From IMG/VR virus record IMGVR_UViG_3300045988_124546: 64,000 bases of DNA. The stretch is one strand, 5' to 3'. Both the position numbers and the translations under genes were made by a program. Shown in pieces: positions 28,001 through 37,337 of this stretch. The notes below the pieces were generated by a model. That model was not told the origin of the DNA, ran no database searches, and saw only the letters and a list, made by a program, of their open reading frames with translations. How positions within the stretch are numbered: position 1 is the first letter of the stretch; every line of letters starts with the position of its first letter. The DNA comes from a virus.

Positions 28001-31000
28001 AGGAAAAGATCTATACGGAGCAGATGGAAAAGTGGGATGCTGAAAATTCAGAATTGGAATTTAGTGAAAGTTACGCCACAAGAATGGAATCCATATACAA
28101 AAAGGCTGAAGAAGAATTAGGACATCCGGTTTCTCAAACAACCAAAGAATACCTTAATGCCTTATCCCGGCAAAAACGGATATTGAGGCAGCCTTTTATT
28201 GATAGCGGTGGTAATTTTGATGAGGTTGCCTACTATAAGAGTAGTAACTACGAAGAAGAAGGACTGCTTCGTAAACAACGTAAGGAAGCAGCTTCGGAAT
28301 ACATATATGTAGGGACCAGACGTGTTGAAAAAACCGGCGACCAACTTAAGATGGCCAAAGAAATACAAGCCATAAATGAAGTTTGGAGAAAAGAATCAAA
28401 TAATGCCACTAATTCCGTATCAGAATCGTTTTTGCAAAAATTAAGAACGATTCAGAACGAGTCAGGAGGAGAAGCTGCGTTGAAGGCACTTATGTTGGGA
28501 GGTCACCTGTCATTTAATGATCGGTTTTGGAATGATGTAGAATCGGAACAGTCGGCACGTACCGAATCAAATAACAAGGCTTCGTATCTTAAAATGGCGC
28601 ATGATATCATTAGTTCTACGACAAGTGATAGAGATGCGACTGACGTGGACTCGATTGTAAAAGATATAGAAAAAAATAAGGCCATTATCAAGGAAATAAT
28701 CGGAAACAATCGCGATGTGGCTGATATCGGAGAAATTAACGAAGCGACATTTACCTCATCTGAAAGAGATGCTTTTAGGGCCGCATCTGAAGCTATTGAA
28801 GCCGATTACGCTATCTTAATAGATTATGCTAAGATGGTGGGTCTTGAAGATATTGATAAGTACCTTACTAAAAGCAGTAAGGCTGAAAACGAAGTAAATC
28901 AGTCTTATTTAAATGCTCTTGCTGACTCCAAGGAAGTGGAATGGAAGTTCGTACAACGTCATACTACGGCGAAGAAAGCAAAAAGGATTCAGGCTTTAAG
29001 GGATAAGCTGTTTAAGGCTGCTGATAACCGATATCTGTTTACCGTATCTGAAACCAACTACCTGTCAGAAAAGCTTGGTATAAGCAAAGAATTAGACGGT
29101 AGAGATTTCAGGAATGCTGTTAATGCTAAGATGGCCAGCTTATTTTTAAATAATACAAGAGAAGAGGGTATAGAAGCTGACATAAAAGCGGGCATAGAAG
29201 AAGCTAATGCTATTGTTAATGAATTTGCCAGGAGCCAGGTTTTTTCGTACTATAAACGCATGGCGCCTACCGGATATGCGGCCATGATCGACAAAATCGG
29301 TCGAGGTGAGATAGATGTGGCGCAGATGGTTAAGGACGTACAAAACGGTACATCCACCCAAGATTATGGCATGGACATATCGTACCTTTCTTTCGACCCT
29401 GCAAGGGCATGGGTGGCTGAATCTGAAGCCGAAAATAGCGGCCGTAATCCTGATTATGTAAAAGATCATGGGTATGGTCATCGCATGCCTAAGAAAAGCC
29501 TGTATCGTGACGAATCGTATTTCAATGACTTTGGTATCAAGTATGATGCTGACGGTAATGAAGTTGCTACTAAAAACGTAGATCAGTGGAATATGATTCA
29601 AAAACTCAAGGAAATAAAAAGACAATCACTTGATCTATACAAAGAGCAGAGCCCGAACCTGTATGCTATTCCACAGATATCAAAACAAGATATAGAACGT
29701 ATAGAAGGATTGGGTATTAACTTCAAAAATACGGTTCGTAATTTTGTATCAGATCTGTGCCTGGACAGAGTAGACGATTCTTTATACGGTAAAACCAGAC
29801 AAGGGGAAGTATATGATCCGGAAGACAGACTTAGGTCTATACCCAAATACTACATATATGAATTGGAGAACCAAGATGATGTATCTCACGATTTTGGCTA
29901 CTCTTATTCTATGCTTATGATGCGGTCATCGTTATATAACGAAAAGCAGAAGTCTATAGAGCTTGCCCAAGGACTGGAGCAGATGTTACTGAATAAACAA
30001 TTTGAAGGCGGTAAGAAGGCTGAAGCAACCCAAGCGTATCAGATGTTCAGGGACTTCTTCAACGATCATTATTATGGCATTAGGATGAACACCAAAAAAC
30101 TTACGGTGAACATCGGAGGATATACGGTAGACCTTACAAGAATTATGATGGCTGTTGAAAGATTTATGTCGGTCATGAACTTGGCACTGTCTCCGTTTGT
30201 GGCAGCTACCGGCGCCCTGACAGGTCATATCAACCTCATCATGGAATCTGCCGTAGGACAGTATATAAGCAAAGACTCCCTTAAATACGCATCGGCTGAA
30301 TTTTCACGCCTTGCTCCATCTTGTATAGCAGAAACCGGAGACATAGATAGGAAAAGCAAATTATATGTCATAGGTGAGAGAATGGGGATATTCAATATCC
30401 GAAATCGTATGTATGGTGCCGGATACAATAGAGTGGCCAGGACCTTAATGCGTTCACCTATGTATGCTTTTATGGAAATCCTGAACTACCCTCTTAATCC
30501 GCAGGTTATGATTGCTACTATGGACAATGTTCGTTATTACAAAGGCCGGTTCTACACGTTCCAAGATTTCAAGATGGAAAAAGAACGCAATAAAGAACAG
30601 AGTACCATAAAAAGAGAATGGAATGCATTAAAAGATCGTACTTTATGGAGTATGGTAGATGTCGTGGATGGGAAGGTGGTTGTAAAGCCCGGATCAGGTG
30701 TTACTGTTGAGGAAGTTGAAACCCAGATGGCTATAACCAGGAATCAAGTCCGTAGCTTGTCGCAGATATGTAACGGATCTTTGAATGAAGAAAATCGAAC
30801 TGCCGCATCGCGCAACTGGATAGCCAGGTTCATGACCGCCCACCGAGGATGGTTGGTGCTGGCGGCTCAACGCCTGTGGAAAAGACGTGGCTTCAATTTC
30901 CAAACAATGCAAGAAGAGGAAGGGTTGTCAATTACGTTAAAGAATATGATAGCCAAAACATTTAGCTTAGCTTCCGAGTCTGGTATGAAAAACATCATAG

Positions 31001-31524
31001 ATGCCTGGAACGAAAATAAAGATAATATGAATGAGGTAGAGAAAACCAATATAAAACGTCTCAGTGTCTATGCCGGCACGTTCCTTATCATGCAAGCCGT
31101 ATCCATGCTTCTTGCCGGATGGCGTGATGATGATGAAAACGAAGAAAGTTGGCTTACTCAATTTGGATCCTATGTCGGATTCAGAACCATAAACGAAATA
31201 GCTTCACAGATGCCGTTTATTATGGAGCTTAACGTTGTAGATATCATTAACGACCCGTTTGTCATGGGGCGGAAGTTGAAGGATCTTACTGATCTTAGGA
31301 ATTACTCACTTGATAAAGTAACATCCGGCACATACAAAGGAGAGTTTAAGTTATTTAGGCAACTCGCCAAACAGACGTTTATCAAACAATGGTATAACAT
31401 CAAGACGCCGGAAGACATAGCGCGCGCCTATAATTGGTGGCAGCAGACAAACAACAAGTCAATGATGTTCTTCATCGGCGCCACTCCTGATTCGGAAGGA
31501 GACGATGATGTTAGTTACAAATAG
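25078..31524 (+). CDS. Giant protein (2148 aa), Crassvirales-type virion/ejected cargo protein; coiled-coil-rich middle region
   Basis: 6.4-kb uninterrupted ORF with own promoter-like box and downstream terminator. No DxDGD RNAP motif found by eye. Confidence 0.85.
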   Translation: MTSTCIIKRDNKKKVVSVSTRSGDRSMLFDKIASIPLMENRERATTVFKTVFSNKFLKAFGDWRKRVPINKPAYNKVKSNIDLIPEAYRERVLDKASKMSNPVLVSKSDAPYEIQESGFGFYSQDLGDNIMLVDAMVPSSISVPEGPGIDAGQYLQDTISSDFTPVSMVQDKGVNYMVIKDGLKIFSPEELPETDSNPVGVTYQTGEPRLFFMNDRSQLFEDYGEALRSDGNDIRIGFLSGTVQESAWDGVADITYKAGKYVLNNPKSFIPVMTASASTSLSTKGGIINYLIKKGLLSGSKIFDSETRSYYLTGEGHTGQIRLFNSALSYTELRNHFGSDVSMNDQGMITISSLDNSKVTMRLATGGMERVSKEQIKNDLKSGRYNELDAKYDHFDALVVSFILEDNDLYADTKAKIVSDYSRQERDQRNSIVEILKTLGVSVIGMTDYIEKYQTKYGHEPSAKALADIANNVIAVGEDATLSDLVEETAHFLVEAYRDQNVVESVLQDVEGTEEWNQYAGQYYNTYGKVYEGAELDNAVRREIFGKILAREMQTGTAQAPVEPTSFLGRVRQLLSGIVSWLKSALSTQRQDLNNVIKSIRDLAITDIDKGFDTSLLKDNDFTLYSLSSMNKNKFLESKIRALRKTLRDLRQISSDRAVTTSMTLAQLKTIEDKINKVETEIDKNEMAAAMNSMISTAEAQVRYLSNVVNTILHGDTKDGKLHFNTNDRKNVDIINNQVLPIMNDLRGYIRNRSTEFDEREKQDYTNRINTVIADINGIQSDIKSVQDLDESTLLDKLMNELHVPADKVKRVKEFFDKVQHDVSWISRWFGILEHSSSPFNNALGAMIAKDNYNAMVNAQPAISDFLAYAKKHGFNKSEFEKLLQKVDGKTSNYLRSALDMAKYDRNKKLAQMRAFAAAMNIEISEEEINDVVDNNRNYVFKREVVDKDGNTVTENAKFKPSSDRVNTDIFTIEQEKIYTEQMEKWDAENSELEFSESYATRMESIYKKAEEELGHPVSQTTKEYLNALSRQKRILRQPFIDSGGNFDEVAYYKSSNYEEEGLLRKQRKEAASEYIYVGTRRVEKTGDQLKMAKEIQAINEVWRKESNNATNSVSESFLQKLRTIQNESGGEAALKALMLGGHLSFNDRFWNDVESEQSARTESNNKASYLKMAHDIISSTTSDRDATDVDSIVKDIEKNKAIIKEIIGNNRDVADIGEINEATFTSSERDAFRAASEAIEADYAILIDYAKMVGLEDIDKYLTKSSKAENEVNQSYLNALADSKEVEWKFVQRHTTAKKAKRIQALRDKLFKAADNRYLFTVSETNYLSEKLGISKELDGRDFRNAVNAKMASLFLNNTREEGIEADIKAGIEEANAIVNEFARSQVFSYYKRMAPTGYAAMIDKIGRGEIDVAQMVKDVQNGTSTQDYGMDISYLSFDPARAWVAESEAENSGRNPDYVKDHGYGHRMPKKSLYRDESYFNDFGIKYDADGNEVATKNVDQWNMIQKLKEIKRQSLDLYKEQSPNLYAIPQISKQDIERIEGLGINFKNTVRNFVSDLCLDRVDDSLYGKTRQGEVYDPEDRLRSIPKYYIYELENQDDVSHDFGYSYSMLMMRSSLYNEKQKSIELAQGLEQMLLNKQFEGGKKAEATQAYQMFRDFFNDHYYGIRMNTKKLTVNIGGYTVDLTRIMMAVERFMSVMNLALSPFVAATGALTGHINLIMESAVGQYISKDSLKYASAEFSRLAPSCIAETGDIDRKSKLYVIGERMGIFNIRNRMYGAGYNRVARTLMRSPMYAFMEILNYPLNPQVMIATMDNVRYYKGRFYTFQDFKMEKERNKEQSTIKREWNALKDRTLWSMVDVVDGKVVVKPGSGVTVEEVETQMAITRNQVRSLSQICNGSLNEENRTAASRNWIARFMTAHRGWLVLAAQRLWKRRGFNFQTMQEEEGLSITLKNMIAKTFSLASESGMKNIIDAWNENKDNMNEVEKTNIKRLSVYAGTFLIMQAVSMLLAGWRDDDENEESWLTQFGSYVGFRTINEIASQMPFIMELNVVDIINDPFVMGRKLKDLTDLRNYSLDKVTSGTYKGEFKLFRQLAKQTFIKQWYNIKTPEDIARAYNWWQQTNNKSMMFFIGATPDSEGDDDVSYK

Positions 31525-31660
31525 ACGAAGAATATCGGACTTGCATTGTTTTTGTATGATTCCAATATGTTATATTAGCATCGTCAAAGAGTAGATTGTA
31601 CGTTTTTTGTTCTTACTTGAAAGATTATGTAGGTTAAATTTTTTCTGAAATTGTTTTCTT

Positions 31661-31703
31661 ACCGGTTCTCAGTCAGAGATGATAGGGAACCGGTTTCTTT
31701 TAT
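31661..31703 (+). terminator. Hairpin accggttc / gaaccggt (8 bp perfect, 18-nt loop) followed by T-rich tract
   Basis: Inverted repeat 31661-31668 / 31687-31694 followed by ttcttttat. Confidence 0.5.
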
Positions 31704-32356
31704 GTTGTCAATTATTGCTATCTTGCAAACAAAAAATCATGAGACGAAGATTTCAAATAGGGATGGGGGTAAATCCCTCGCTTATAATCAATAAAGGCAT
31801 ATACATCCAACATGTAGATGGAGGATTATATACAAAAGAAAATTGGTCTAATAAATTATATTCCAATGATCTATGCAATGGAATAGCTCTTGTAGATAAA
31901 GTGTGTTTTGTTATAGCCACTGAATATATTGGCACATTTAGTTGGGGTAAGGATGGAAGAGTAGACAATGTATTTGCACAAAATAGTTCTTATATGGAGA
32001 CCGTTAAAAAGGATTATTGGGGGCGTGAAAATCAGAATGCGTATCTTGAATATGATACCAGTAATGAAAATTACGCTTTTAATAAAGCTAATAGCTATTT
32101 ATTTAAAAATGGTCAAAATGGATATGTAAGTGGCGCCGGAGAGTTTTTTTTGATATCATTGTATGCGAATGAAATAAACGAATGTCTTTTAATGGTAGGA
32201 GGTACGATAATGAGTAATAAAATGTGGACATCCACTCAATCTACACAATTTACCTATTCGTGGTATTATGATATAAACATCCAAGGAGATCATTTGGATA
32301 CAAGTACAAGGAGTAATCCACGTTATGTCCGCCCCCTTACCGAATTAATTTTATGA
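31679..32356 (+). CDS. Protein with DUF1566-like (Lcl C-terminal-like) C-terminal motif; probable true start ATG 31739 (MRRRFQIG..., 206 aa)
   Basis: Track ORF overlaps the terminator hairpin. C-terminus MWTSTQ...SWYYDI...RYVRPL resembles YWSST...AW...YVRCV of DUF1566. Confidence 0.55.
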   Translation: MIGNRFLLCCQLLLSCKQKIMRRRFQIGMGVNPSLIINKGIYIQHVDGGLYTKENWSNKLYSNDLCNGIALVDKVCFVIATEYIGTFSWGKDGRVDNVFAQNSSYMETVKKDYWGRENQNAYLEYDTSNENYAFNKANSYLFKNGQNGYVSGAGEFFLISLYANEINECLLMVGGTIMSNKMWTSTQSTQFTYSWYYDINIQGDHLDTSTRSNPRYVRPLTELIL

Positions 32357-32360
32357 AATT

Positions 32361-33098
32361 ATGAGAAGAAGATTTGAAAATAATGCTAAACTATATGAGT
32401 ATAAGATAGTTAGCGATTGTATAGGGGGGGAGGTAATCGTAGAAAGAAAGAAAGTAGGCACCATTCCACAGGGCGGGCAATTTATCTTTCTGTCTAAAAA
32501 AGAACGGCTGGATTCCATAAGTGTCCAGGGCGGTGTTCCAATGGAAGATAGGCAAGAGATCGATAGTCAGGTTGATACGACAGAGGAATTGCTTGAACAG
32601 GATTCGGTGGTTCTTGCTATTGCTTTAACAACCTCTCCTTATTATGGATTTAGAGTAAGTGTGATAGCACCTGATGAGTTTACGCTAAGAACAACCAATA
32701 GGATTAATAGAACCTTTTTAATAACAAGCTTTACTCCACCTGCTGCTATATACGGTGTAAACTTTGGTGATCCTATTGTCCTTAATTATGATAGTTACCA
32801 ATATAAGATGTCAGATCCTGTAATTGATGGACCTCATGATAGAATAGTTAGGGCAGATCCTAATCTTACTTGGGTTGTAAGATGTACAGACGCCGACTTT
32901 AAACCTTTGCCATATCCAGAATCATGGTCTGGCCAAGGTTTAAATTCTGTGTTCTTACCAGATATGAAACGTCTTGCTCCTGGTGATCATCATGTATCAT
33001 ATACAGCTTATATTAATTTGGACTTGATAAATGATGGCGGAAGTAAAGTTCATACTGAATATCTGATATTAAAAAAAACACTTAATTTTACGATATGA
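32361..33098 (+). CDS. Hypothetical protein (245 aa) with MRRRF N-terminus
   Basis: ORF. Starts ATGAGAAGAAGATTT like genes at 14184 and 31739. Confidence 0.6.
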   Translation: MRRRFENNAKLYEYKIVSDCIGGEVIVERKKVGTIPQGGQFIFLSKKERLDSISVQGGVPMEDRQEIDSQVDTTEELLEQDSVVLAIALTTSPYYGFRVSVIAPDEFTLRTTNRINRTFLITSFTPPAAIYGVNFGDPIVLNYDSYQYKMSDPVIDGPHDRIVRADPNLTWVVRCTDADFKPLPYPESWSGQGLNSVFLPDMKRLAPGDHHVSYTAYINLDLINDGGSKVHTEYLILKKTLNFTI

Positions 33099-33100
33099 CA

Positions 33101-33141
33101 ACAATCCCCAACCGTACGCCTATTGTATGGTTGGGGATTGT
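33101..33141. terminator. Strong hairpin (13-bp perfect stem acaatccccaacc / ggttggggattgt, 15-nt loop) at the convergence point of the plus- and minus-strand gene blocks
   Basis: Read directly. Lies between convergent stops at 33098 (+) and 33188 (-). Confidence 0.6.
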
Positions 33142-33187
33142 TGTAGTTACCATCTTTTCTTGTATAAGCAGAACATGAAATAAGTTT

Positions 33188-33676
33188 CTAAGCATTAACT
33201 TCATGACCTCCCCTATCTGTGAAAACTAAACCAATACCTTCTATGATATGTCCTACTACAGGAGCTTTGTCAAATTCCTCCTTCGTAGCCCAAGTAGCAT
33301 TATCAGGCATAAGATCCTTGAATGCGTCCGAAACATCACCTTGACACCAGCAGTTATTTGATGTAACAATGCCTTTCCCTTCGATATTGATATACATTTT
33401 TCTTCCACCACATCCAAGGCTGTTCCATCCGCTCGGTACGTTTTCCACCATAGGCTTAAGCACCCAGCTTACACCGTCTATCCTAACCCATCCAGGATCG
33501 TCTTTGTGCTTGTCGTACAAGTTTTGCCAAAAAGAGCATTCGTAGCACCATCCCCTGTCTTCCATGACAGTTCTTATCTCACTCCTTTCAAATCCATCTG
33601 CATCCATCGTGTGCGGAGAATGAGGCTGGTGAGGGGTGCCACATTTTGGACATATGAGTTTTAAATTCTTTTCCAT
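33188..33676 (-). CDS. Hypothetical Cys-rich protein with N-terminal zinc-ribbon-like CPKCG motif (162 aa)
   Basis: ORF. Last gene of the minus-strand block. Confidence 0.55.
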   Translation of the reverse strand: MEKNLKLICPKCGTPHQPHSPHTMDADGFERSEIRTVMEDRGWCYECSFWQNLYDKHKDDPGWVRIDGVSWVLKPMVENVPSGWNSLGCGGRKMYINIEGKGIVTSNNCWCQGDVSDAFKDLMPDNATWATKEEFDKAPVVGHIIEGIGLVFTDRGGHEVNA

Positions 33677-33677
33677 A

Positions 33678-33914
33678 TTATTTAACTTTTACGATCTTAA
33701 TAGAATCTCCGATATTGTATTCCCCTTGGTATCCAACGAATTTTATAAGCCTATTATTATAAAATATTGAAATTCTTTCGTCTTCACCATAATACATTAT
33801 ACATCCATCTTCTAAAGGAAGTAGATCATATATAACCCATCCGTTATTAACCTGACTATCATCATGCGAACATGATGATAACACAAGTGCCATCAATAAA
33901 ATAAAATACCTCAT
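33678..33914 (-). CDS. Small putative lipoprotein (78 aa; signal peptide with lipobox LSSC)
   Basis: N-terminus MRYFILLMALVLSSCSHDD. Confidence 0.5.
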   Translation of the reverse strand: MRYFILLMALVLSSCSHDDSQVNNGWVIYDLLPLEDGCIMYYGEDERISIFYNNRLIKFVGYQGEYNIGDSIKIVKVK

Positions 33915-33921
33915 ATTATTT

Positions 33922-34113
33922 TCAACATAAAAATTTATAACCTGTTTTTACAGCTTCCGCTTCTTCTCTCGTATCAAACATTAAGGTAGTGACAGCTCCT
34001 ATTCCTTCACAAACGTAAGACACTTTCACCCACCACCTAAAAACCCCAGAGCCATAATCGTCATAGTACGGCTCAGAAAGAACTTCTTCTACATACCCAT
34101 CCAAATAATTCAC
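33922..34113 (-). CDS. Small hypothetical protein (63 aa)
   Basis: ORF in operon context. Confidence 0.4.
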   Translation of the reverse strand: MNYLDGYVEEVLSEPYYDDYGSGVFRWWVKVSYVCEGIGAVTTLMFDTREEAEAVKTGYKFLC

Positions 34114-34823
34114 GATTGCTCCTCCTTATTTTTAGATTCTGCCTCTTCGAGTATGTTGATCACCTTATCGACAATATCCGAATCAGACATTTTCTCAATA
34201 AAAACATCCATTGCCTTAGTTATGTCATTGGCTTCTTTTTCTTCAAGAGCTATTTCTCCACCGGTAATAGCATCAGATAATGATGTAGATAAGTGTCTTA
34301 TCTTATCAATGCTCATAAACGTAAATGGATTACCACCCCATCCACCACCCATTTCTTTCATGATCTGATATCCACCTGAAATAAGTCTGCCTGATGTCGT
34401 GGCCAAGGAGGATACGATTAGGGACAGTACCGCCACCTCCGTCCGCTCCTCGGATACACCCCTCGACCACACGGCTGCCCTTATAGCGCCGGCCAGGTCG
34501 TCTATGTATGGCATGAGGTAATCTTCCATCGCTTGTGTTATATCAGCTATAACCTCACTACGCTCTTTATTTATGTAGTAGATAGAAGCATTGTACTTCT
34601 TTATCTCTTTGTCCATATCATTTAAAAGACGCTTGATATTGTGCTTATACATAGGACTGGTTTTAATTACTTCCTTTAGCTTAAGAATGTAATTATAAGC
34701 CTGGTCATTTACGAACAACGTCATGGTTTCAACCGTTGAATGAAGCGTGTTGAGGCTGTTAAGAATCTTATCGAAATTGTTTATCAAATAAGCTTTTCTG
34801 GTTTTTGCTGCATAGTTAATCAT
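34110..34823 (-). CDS. Hypothetical protein (237 aa)
   Basis: ORF, 4-nt overlap with downstream gene. Confidence 0.6.
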   Translation of the reverse strand: MINYAAKTRKAYLINNFDKILNSLNTLHSTVETMTLFVNDQAYNYILKLKEVIKTSPMYKHNIKRLLNDMDKEIKKYNASIYYINKERSEVIADITQAMEDYLMPYIDDLAGAIRAAVWSRGVSEERTEVAVLSLIVSSLATTSGRLISGGYQIMKEMGGGWGGNPFTFMSIDKIRHLSTSLSDAITGGEIALEEKEANDITKAMDVFIEKMSDSDIVDKVINILEEAESKNKEEQS

Positions 34824-35358
34824 CGCATTCGAATTTTAGATTTTCAAGTTCATGTATTTGTAACCTAAGAGACTTAATTAAATTCGTTCTCTGTTCCTCT
34901 GCATGTTTTGAAGCCTCTTCCTTGCTTTCAAAAGCACAATCCCCTATCTGATAAGGGGTGTAACGACCAGGAGTGTCGGCTAATAAAAGACCACCACAAT
35001 CTTCTATTCTGGCTTTTACCTTTCTTATTTTCCCATCTTTTAGACACATGTCTGTAACCCATACGAATTTACCATATAATTTATCATACTCTTCTGATCT
35101 CTCTTCTTGCAATTCATACCATTTAGGCTTAGGAAATCTTAATGTGAATTTAACCTCAGTATCTTTTTCTAAGACATTAATATCGTATGCTTCCGGCCAC
35201 AGCTCTTTTATGCTGTCTTCGTCTTCGGCATACGCTACAAGTATGAATGAATCATCGGATTCACCACTACACCAATATGGATATTTTATAGGCCATTTGA
35301 CTGGACGGTAGTCGTTACCGCAGTCGGATTTTTTAATGTAAAATCTTGCTCTAATCAT
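34816..35358 (-). CDS. Hypothetical protein (180 aa)
   Basis: ORF. Confidence 0.6.
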   Translation of the reverse strand: MIRARFYIKKSDCGNDYRPVKWPIKYPYWCSGESDDSFILVAYAEDEDSIKELWPEAYDINVLEKDTEVKFTLRFPKPKWYELQEERSEEYDKLYGKFVWVTDMCLKDGKIRKVKARIEDCGGLLLADTPGRYTPYQIGDCAFESKEEASKHAEEQRTNLIKSLRLQIHELENLKFECDD

Positions 35359-35365
35359 ATCGTTA

Positions 35366-35677
35366 TTAATCTGATAATTTTTCTATTTTAATTAATTTTG
35401 ATGATAGATACATATTCCATTTCCCTCTGCCTCTGTCACCTTTTTCGTTTTGTTTTTGGATTGTCAAGTACAGATCTCCGTCTTCACATACTTCAACTTT
35501 TTTCAAGAAGCCTATCATTTCATCTCCTGCTTCGTGTAAAATACGGATCTTATCTCCTTCTTTTAACCCATAATTGGAATCAAAATATTCTTTTTTGATT
35601 CTATCAATGTTGTCTTTATGGTTTTTTATAGCATAAAGCTCTTTTCTTAATAAATAATTTAGTTGTTCTATTGTCAT
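35366..35677 (-). CDS. Hypothetical protein (103 aa)
   Basis: ORF. Confidence 0.5.
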   Translation of the reverse strand: MTIEQLNYLLRKELYAIKNHKDNIDRIKKEYFDSNYGLKEGDKIRILHEAGDEMIGFLKKVEVCEDGDLYLTIQKQNEKGDRGRGKWNMYLSSKLIKIEKLSD

Positions 35678-36219
35678 TTCTTTTCCTCCTTATTTAATGG
35701 TATTAATCCTTTCCCGTGCTTATCATACCACAGCATAGCTATACAATTCCATGCACATTGTGCAAGATGAAAAGCTCCTGTATCTGAGTCTATTCTTTCC
35801 CCTTTCATGTATTCCATTAGGTGTCTGGCAGCCGCAGCACGATACCGTTCAAACCCGTTGTCAAGGTTCTGCCATTTATTGGGTCCGTACTTCTTTGCAC
35901 CAGCATGATAGACTCTTACAATATCCTCAATCTCTTCCATTGGAAGCAAATCCCATCGTAGTTTGTCGTCAATGATGTCATTCTTTACCGACTTACTTTC
36001 TTTATTTTCAAAAAGAGTATTATCACTCTTAGATATATATTCAACTGGTACATCGAACTCCATACGACCTTCGTATGACAGTGTAACTTCTGTATCTCCT
36101 TTTTTGATATCCTTTTGACATGCAACCTTAAGTCCTTTTCTGGCTACTGTTACTTCACGAACATTAAGATCTCTGTTAAGAACTACATCGGTTCCTTTTT
36201 TAATAATAATATCGTCCAT
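35674..36219 (-). CDS. Hypothetical protein; C-terminal half resembles the N-terminal domain of phage dATP/dGTP pyrophosphohydrolases (RWDLLP...KKYG...RHL motif)
   Basis: Motif LRWDLLPMEEIEDIVRVYHAGAKKYGPNKWQNL...RYRAAAARHLMEY recalled from a family of phage nucleotide-pyrophosphohydrolase N-terminal domains. Not verifiable here. Confidence 0.45.
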   Translation of the reverse strand: MDDIIIKKGTDVVLNRDLNVREVTVARKGLKVACQKDIKKGDTEVTLSYEGRMEFDVPVEYISKSDNTLFENKESKSVKNDIIDDKLRWDLLPMEEIEDIVRVYHAGAKKYGPNKWQNLDNGFERYRAAAARHLMEYMKGERIDSDTGAFHLAQCAWNCIAMLWYDKHGKGLIPLNKEEKK

Positions 36220-36280
36220 CTTTTATTTTGTTTTATCGTTGTTTTACCATATTTAGATAGTAATATAATTCATCTTCGTC

Positions 36281-36568
36281 CTATACCCTATCATTCCTGT
36301 TTTTCTCAAAATACTGTCTTACGGCTTCAATCGCCTTATCGTCATCAAAAACCTCTACAAATTCCTCATAGAATCTATTTCGTTCCATAGAGAACGTGTT
36401 GCTTCCTTCCGGAATGGTCCTGAATACAACTACTTTCTCTCCGTCTACGTTCGTTCCTATTATGTTATTGTGAAGAATAATAGAATAGCGCCCAGAGCTT
36501 TTGTTTTGGACGACACTATGTTCGAGATTGTAGAGTCTAAGTAGTTCTCTTATTTCTTTTACTCCCAT
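36281..36568 (-). CDS. Hypothetical protein (95 aa)
   Basis: ORF. Confidence 0.5.
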   Translation of the reverse strand: MGVKEIRELLRLYNLEHSVVQNKSSGRYSIILHNNIIGTNVDGEKVVVFRTIPEGSNTFSMERNRFYEEFVEVFDDDKAIEAVRQYFEKNRNDRV

Positions 36569-36569
36569 A

Positions 36570-37337
36570 TTATTTTACTTTTTTAGAGGTTACAGTCTCT
36601 TCTCCCCATTTCTTTACATATATAGATCTCATCATGTTCATTAAATTAGAGAAAGAAGAGATGGTTCCCATCTCTATGCAGAATGCAAGATTAGACTGTA
36701 GGGTTTCAAGTTCTTTCAACTGCTCCTGTGTAGCCCTATTTCTTATCATGCTTTCATGCTCATTAAATACAATCCAATTTAAGCCTTTAGCCATCTTGGA
36801 GTAATCGGCATCCGGAAATCTTGATATAGCTCTTGATAAGACATTGTATTTATCACCTGCCTCTATTCGGTTTAAGATAAGCTTATCTGTCAACCACGTA
36901 ACAACCTCAGCGTACAACATAGGGTTCAGTTCCATAGCTACAAGCACCCATATATATGGATTACACATAGTCCTTCTATTCTCTCCTCTACCCATTGTTT
37001 TATAGGCTCCCATCTTTTTCATCACTTTTATAAGTGATTCTTTTTCAACAGATTGTATAAAACCAGGAAATCCTGATTCTATCTTATATCCCTGTTTTTC
37101 AAGGATATAGTAAACCCGTTCCGCACTCTCCTTATTAGATAGGATATTCTCTATTCTCTTTTCATTCCACCCCATCTCAACCCTCTTCTTCGTGTAGGCT
37201 TCCTGAAGGTCTGTTAAGGACATAAACGAAGTTTTAGTGTCCTGCTTAATTATTACGCCAAATAATTCTCGGTCTTTTGATACCATTGTGACATTCGTTT
37301 TCATAAAATATAACACATAAAAAATAATACGATACAA
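36570..37337 (-). CDS. Hypothetical protein (255 aa), possible KilA-N/Bro-N-like DNA-binding N-terminal domain
   Basis: Weak resemblance only (FMSLTDLQEAY...). Confidence 0.45.
   Translation of the reverse strand: MYRIIFYVLYFMKTNVTMVSKDRELFGVIIKQDTKTSFMSLTDLQEAYTKKRVEMGWNEKRIENILSNKESAERVYYILEKQGYKIESGFPGFIQSVEKESLIKVMKKMGAYKTMGRGENRRTMCNPYIWVLVAMELNPMLYAEVVTWLTDKLILNRIEAGDKYNVLSRAISRFPDADYSKMAKGLNWIVFNEHESMIRNRATQEQLKELETLQSNLAFCIEMGTISSFSNLMNMMRSIYVKKWGEETVTSKKVK

Noticed and set aside
25078-31524. Possible virion RNA polymerase call for a giant ORF
   Set aside because: No DxDGD catalytic motif found in context in the 2148-aa protein. The only DGD-containing strings lie elsewhere (DKDGD in the 1019-aa protein 4488..7547 and EEDGDKKGDGK in the 2213-aa protein 7540..14181), and those are in low-complexity or unrelated contexts. 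Left as cargo/virion protein.
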